NCBI GenBank assembly: GCA_041623015.1
Contig: JBFJXT010000001.1
Span: 1-28,209, forward strand
Origin: Thermoplasmatota archaeon
GTDB taxonomy: Archaea; Thermoplasmatota; E2; JACPAO01; JAHFTW01
Direction of reading: 5' to 3'
DNA length: 28,209 nucleotides
The position numbers were made by a program, and so were the translations under genes. Positions within the stretch are counted from its first letter, which is position 1; every line of letters starts with the position of its first letter. Under the pieces are notes generated by a model that made no database searches, was not told where the DNA came from, and worked only from the letters and a program-made list of their open reading frames with translations. Shown piece by piece: positions 24,289-28,209 of the stretch.

Positions 24289-26196
24289 TTAGTCCTTCTT
24301 TTGGGCGTCGTCGCCTTCGAATTCGCTGTCAACAACGTCTTCGGGGCCGTCGGGTTGACCGCTCCAGGAAGCACCCTCGGGGCCAGCACCTGCGCCGGCG
24401 TCGCCACCAGCGGCACCTTCGGCTGCTTGGGCTTCTTCGGCTGCCTTCTGGTACATGGCCATCACGGCGGGTTCCATGACCTTGTTGAGGGCCTCGGTCT
24501 TCTCCTTCAAGTCGTCGCTGGACGCCTCGGTGTTGGTAAGAAGGTCCTTGAGTTCCTTGATGGAAGACTCGATGTTCTCAACGTGGCCGTCGAGCTTGTC
24601 CTTGTTCTCGTTGACCAATTTCTCGGCTTGGAACACGGCTTGATCGGCAGTGTTGCGGGCTTCCACGGCGGCCTTGCGAGCTTCGTCTTCGCTGGCGTGC
24701 TCTTCGGCGTCGCGGCGCATGCGCTCCACTTCTTCGTCGTTAAGCTTGCTGGCGCCACTGACCGTGATCTTCTGCTCCTTCTGGGTGCCCAGGTCCTTGG
24801 CAGTCACGTGCAAGATGCCGTTGGCGTCAATGTCGAAGGTCACTTCGATTTGGGGCGTGCCACGGGGAGCCGGGGGGATGCCGTCGAGGCTGAATTTGCC
24901 GAGGCTCTTGTTGTCAGCCGCCATGGGGCGTTCGCCTTGCAAGACGTGGATTTCCACTTGGGGTTGGTTGTCTGCGGCGGTGCTGAAGATTTGGCTCTTC
25001 TTGTGAGGAATCGTGGTGTTGCGGCCAATGAGCTCGGTGCGCACGCCTCCCATGGTCTCAATACCAAGGGTCAACGGGGTCACGTCGAGAAGAAGAATTT
25101 CCTTGTCCACTTCGCCACTGAGGATACCGGCTTGAATGGCAGCACCAGCGGCCACGCACTGCATCGGGTCCACGCCGCGCTCGGGCTTCTTGCCGAACAC
25201 AGACTCGACGAATTCTTGCACCATGGGGATGCGGGTGGGGCCACCGACGAGGATGACGCGGTCGATGTCAGACTTGGAGAGGCCGGCATCCTTCATGGCA
25301 CCTTCACAGGGGCCACGAGTGCGCTCGATGATGGGTTGGACCAATTCTTCGAGCTTGGCGCGGTTCAAGGTAAGCTCCAGGTGCTGAGGCCCGGCGTCGC
25401 TGACGCTCAAGAACGGCTGGCTGATGGTGGTCTGGGTCATTCCAGACAGTTCCATCTTGGCGCGCTCGGAGGCATCGCGGAGGCGCTGCATCGCTTGGCG
25501 GTCCTTGCGGACGTCGATGCCGGTTTGTTGTTGGAAATGCGCCGCGAGGTACTCAATGATGGCATCGTCCATGTCGGTGCCACCGAGGTGGGTGTCTCCG
25601 TTGGTAGAGAGCACTTCAAAGACACCGTCGCCCATTTCCATGATGGTGATGTCGAAGGTGCCGCCACCCAAGTCGTACACGGCGATCTTCATGTCCTTGC
25701 CGTCGGATTTGTCCAAGCCGTAGCTGAATGCCGCCGCGGTGGGTTCGTTGACGAGGCGGCGCACGTTGAGGCCAGCGATCTTGCCAGCGTCCTTGGTGGC
25801 TTGGCGTTGGTCGTCGTCGTAGTACGCGGGGACCGTGATGACGGCGTCAGTGATTTCTTCGCCGAGGTACTTCTCGGAGTCTTCCTTGATCTTGCGCAAG
25901 ATCATGGCGCTGACTTCTTGGGGAGAGTAGGATTTGTCGTCAATGGTGACTTTGTAGTCGGTGCCCATTTTGCGCTTGATGCGAAGAATGGTGCGTTCTG
26001 GATTGGTGACGGCTTGGCGCTTGGCCGCGTCTCCAATCAGGGTTTGACCGTCCTTGGTCAATGCGACCACGGAGGGGAAATTCTTACCGCCATACACATT
26101 GCCCTCAGCAGAAGGAATGATGCGGGGTTGTCCGCCTTCCATAACAGCCGCTTCAGAGTTCGTGGTGCCAAGATCGATACCGATGATGCGTCCCAT
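24289..26196 (-). CDS. dnaK: Chaperone DnaK (Hsp70)
   Basis: [50 protein letters not shown] and [13 protein letters not shown]. An AGGTGA Shine-Dalgarno lies 5 nt before ATG 26196. Confidence 0.99.
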   Translation of the reverse strand: MGRIIGIDLGTTNSEAAVMEGGQPRIIPSAEGNVYGGKNFPSVVALTKDGQTLIGDAAKRQAVTNPERTILRIKRKMGTDYKVTIDDKSYSPQEVSAMILRKIKEDSEKYLGEEITDAVITVPAYYDDDQRQATKDAGKIAGLNVRRLVNEPTAAAFSYGLDKSDGKDMKIAVYDLGGGTFDITIMEMGDGVFEVLSTNGDTHLGGTDMDDAIIEYLAAHFQQQTGIDVRKDRQAMQRLRDASERAKMELSGMTQTTISQPFLSVSDAGPQHLELTLNRAKLEELVQPIIERTRGPCEGAMKDAGLSKSDIDRVILVGGPTRIPMVQEFVESVFGKKPERGVDPMQCVAAGAAIQAGILSGEVDKEILLLDVTPLTLGIETMGGVRTELIGRNTTIPHKKSQIFSTAADNQPQVEIHVLQGERPMAADNKSLGKFSLDGIPPAPRGTPQIEVTFDIDANGILHVTAKDLGTQKEQKITVSGASKLNDEEVERMRRDAEEHASEDEARKAAVEARNTADQAVFQAEKLVNENKDKLDGHVENIESSIKELKDLLTNTEASSDDLKEKTEALNKVMEPAVMAMYQKAAEEAQAAEGAAGGDAGAGAGPEGASWSGQPDGPEDVVDSEFEGDDAQKKD

Positions 26197-26201
26197 TGAG
26201 G

Positions 26202-26238
26202 TCACCTGTGGAGCCGAGCGAGTTAGGGCTTCTATAAG
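26202..26238 (-). promoter_or_regulatory. dnaK promoter/RBS: TATA-like CTTATAGA (26238-26231) and SD AGGTGA (26207-26202)
   Basis: Read directly on the minus strand; it matches the archaeal TATA and GGAGGTGA SD consensus. Confidence 0.55.
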
Positions 26239-26503
26239 AGTTTATTTGTGGGGGCTGGCGCCTTAACAACGGGACGCGCTTGACTTAGGGCGCGAAATCC
26301 AGGTTTCGCCTTTGAGGCAGGGCACATCCCGACAGCACCACCATTTTGCGAGATTTTTCCCCGGTGCGCCAGATTGGAACAAACCTCTCTAGTGCCCCAA
26401 AATTGACCAAAACATTACCCACTTCAAATTACAAAATTCTTTCCCAGTGTTCCCTTCGTAACCAATGGTGCTTATTCCCTGCTTATCCATCACCAAAATC
26501 ACG

Positions 26504-26515
26504 AGAAGGCCTTCT
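26504..26515. promoter_or_regulatory. Perfect 12-bp palindrome AGAAGGCCTTCT upstream of module 2
   Basis: It ends 27 nt before GTG 26542 and is related to AGAAGCCTTC (11991-12000) before module 1. Confidence 0.4.
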
Positions 26516-26541
26516 AACACCCTCGCACGGTTCGGGAATCG

Positions 26542-27150
26542 GTGGCATCCTTGACAAACAAGCACCTTACCCTCATCGCACTGGCAGTCCTTGCCATCCC
26601 CAGCGCAAGCGCCGCAAACCCCGTGGGCGACACCGCCCCAGACTCCATTGTACGCGCTCTAGACGCCGCGACAGTCTCCGTATCGTACTCCCTACAACGC
26701 AGTGTAGGCGCGGGCGATGTGTTGCCCATTTGTGGGGGTGCAGACGAAGTTCCCGCGAATCAAACGCTTCTTGGCACCGTCAAAAACGGATGCTTCCAGC
26801 CATACAACCACGCCCCGTCGGCGGCTGGACCCCTTGGAATATGTGACCCGGTGCTCGTGAAAATTCAGCCCCTCACAATCAAGGAAGACCAACACTGCAT
26901 CGACAGCATTCAAGATTGGATCACCCGAATGATCTCGGGAGAAGAACACGAGGGCTCAAAGTCGAATTTGACTGGCACTTCGCACCCAGTCATTTGTGGC
27001 CCCGTCAAGGGAAGCATCGTATTTCCAGACGAACCCTACATCGTGATTCGCGAAGACGAGTATTGCATCCAAGCCCTACAGGACTGGATTGCTGAACTGC
27101 TCGGCCAGGAGACGCCTCCGCTTCCCGTTCAAATCCAAGTACAACTGTGA
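26542..27150 (+). CDS. Small secreted protein with three Cys-loops (module 2, gene A); function unknown
   Basis: Signal peptide ending SASA|A. Six Cys form three pairs, each opening with I-C (C64/C84, C101/C119, C152/C175). Confidence 0.8.
   Translation: MASLTNKHLTLIALAVLAIPSASAANPVGDTAPDSIVRALDAATVSVSYSLQRSVGAGDVLPICGGADEVPANQTLLGTVKNGCFQPYNHAPSAAGPLGICDPVLVKIQPLTIKEDQHCIDSIQDWITRMISGEEHEGSKSNLTGTSHPVICGPVKGSIVFPDEPYIVIREDEYCIQALQDWIAELLGQETPPLPVQIQVQL
26839..27108 (+). repeat. Internal tandem protein repeat (2 copies, ~35-39 aa) within 26542-27150
   Basis: ICDPVLVKIQPLTIKEDQHCIDSIQDWITRMISG (26839-26943) aligns with ICGPVKGSIVFPDEPYIVIREDEYCIQALQDWIAELLGQ (26992-27108). Confidence 0.85.
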
Positions 27151-27155
27151 TTCCC

Positions 27156-28209
27156 ATGATTCGCCGCCTGATTTCCATCCTCATTTTCGCGCTTCTTGCA
27201 GCGACGCCAGTTGCATCGGCGCAATCGAATTTCGGAAGCGTCCAAATGGCATCAATTGAGGTTCAAGGCAACGGCGCCACTTCTGGAACACTCGCGGCAC
27301 TCCTCATCGACCAAGCCACGCCAGGAATTCCATTGGCCTCTCCGCATTTTTCCCTTGATGCCCAGAGTGCTCTTGTCAAAACCAATCACGCGGCCGTGAA
27401 AAACCAGGATCTCGACGCGGGACTTGAAGAGCGTATTCTCCACCAGGGCTCCGCCAATATCCAAGGACTCGAAGCAAGAGACGGGCTTCATTTCTGGATA
27501 ACACCCCTCGACCAAGAACAACCGCCCAAGATTCGCGTAGATCATCCCGCTTGCACCCTGTTTGAAGTTCCAAGAACGGCTTCAACGACTCGAACACCAA
27601 CCGTGGATCAACGCCGACCAATTATCGAAGTCCCCACAGCCTCGACCGCTTCGGCCCAATCGTGTACCGAATCCAAAATGACAATCACAGGGGACGTTTC
27701 TCTAGTTCTCTGGGAACTGGACTTCCAATTGAACGGCGACCGAGTCAACAGTGGCGTCAACGACGCCACCCGCAATGCTGGCCTTCCTGCTTCGGGCGTT
27801 GGCAGTGCCGACGAGATCACCATTGAGGCGCGAAACGCGACCCTCACGATTCCCCTTACGCCGGAGACCTACGAACTGTATGTCTCGCATCCTCGCATTC
27901 ATGCGCGAGACCTTCGGCTCACCCAGGCAACGGGGACGCTGCCGGGAATTCTAGAGCCGGTCCAAAATGAGGACGTAACCCTTGCCGGTGATTTCGCGGC
28001 CGAGATTCAATCTCTGGGCACCAATAAGCCCCTCGCGGCTTCCATCATGGGCACGCCAACGGAAGCACAAGCCAATGGCGAGTTGCTATCCATCCAAACC
28101 CCCGCTGTGCCCGGCAGCAACGCCCCTGGAATCATCGCCGCATCCATCATCGCCGCCCTCGTTCTCGGCTTTGTCTTGGTTCGCTATGGTCGCCCTCTCG
28201 TGGTTGCCC
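27156..28209 (+). CDS. Single-pass membrane protein, paralog of 12574-14085 (module 2, gene B); runs off the window end (not in ORF track)
   Basis: Manual translation gives 351 open codons from ATG 27156 (GTG 27147 is in frame and overlaps the upstream stop as GTGA). Signal MIRRLISILIFALLAATPVASA|Q, TM at about aa 325-343 then RYGR. Several ectodomain blocks align with 12574. Confidence 0.85.
   Translation, partial: MIRRLISILIFALLAATPVASAQSNFGSVQMASIEVQGNGATSGTLAALLIDQATPGIPLASPHFSLDAQSALVKTNHAAVKNQDLDAGLEERILHQGSANIQGLEARDGLHFWITPLDQEQPPKIRVDHPACTLFEVPRTASTTRTPTVDQRRPIIEVPTASTASAQSCTESKMTITGDVSLVLWELDFQLNGDRVNSGVNDATRNAGLPASGVGSADEITIEARNATLTIPLTPETYELYVSHPRIHARDLRLTQATGTLPGILEPVQNEDVTLAGDFAAEIQSLGTNKPLAASIMGTPTEAQANGELLSIQTPAVPGSNAPGIIAASIIAALVLGFVLVRYGRPLVVA

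Noticed and set aside
24301-26199. 632-aa ORF antisense to dnaK
   Set aside because: Long antisense ORFs opposite GC-rich, codon-biased hsp70/dnaK genes are a known shadow effect. The translation has no protein-like motifs.
26206-26541. Heat-shock operator (CIRCE) upstream of dnaK
   Set aside because: TTAGCACTC-N9-GAGTGCTAA is not present and I saw no other convincing repeat.
1-28209. CRISPR arrays, tRNA/rRNA genes, inteins
   Set aside because: I saw no regularly spaced direct repeats or tRNA cloverleaf/T-loop signatures, and no unexplained insertions in the ATPase, TyrRS, GAPDH or DnaK. This was checked by eye only.

Overview
This is a GC-rich archaeal window. The archaeal-type TyrRS, TruA, class III (A24) prepilin peptidase and TATA/SD signals support an archaeon; together with dnaK they suggest a euryarchaeote, possibly Thermoplasmatota (inference). 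(1) Positions 1.7-19.6 kb hold a large type IV pilus/Tad-like locus: prepilin peptidase, a KaiC/RAD55-like protein with a degenerate Walker A, a secretion ATPase, two TadC/PilC-type platform proteins (one fused to an extra multi-TM domain) and seven proteins with class III signal peptides. Three of the seven are tandem paralogs with a conserved scaffold, a GATase-1-like domain and a variable insert. (2) The most unexplained signal is a two-gene module present twice, at 12037-14085 (inside the pilin cluster) and 26542->28209 (beside dnaK). Each copy has a small secreted protein with a shared Cys-loop motif, followed by a single-pass membrane protein. The two ectodomains are recognisably homologous, and the complete copy ends in a cytoplasmic TPR-like tail. 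Both copies share an upstream AGAAG(G)CCTTC element, and the layout suggests a secreted-factor/receptor family. (3) Housekeeping and metabolic genes are tyrS, truA, a D-2-hydroxyacid dehydrogenase, a bacterial-type (class I) GAPDH, a small HTH protein and a stand-alone dnaK. Three probable genes are missing from the supplied ORF track: 1-524 (-), 19574-19741 (-) and 27156->28209 (+). I saw no rRNA, tRNA, CRISPR array or mobile-element gene.
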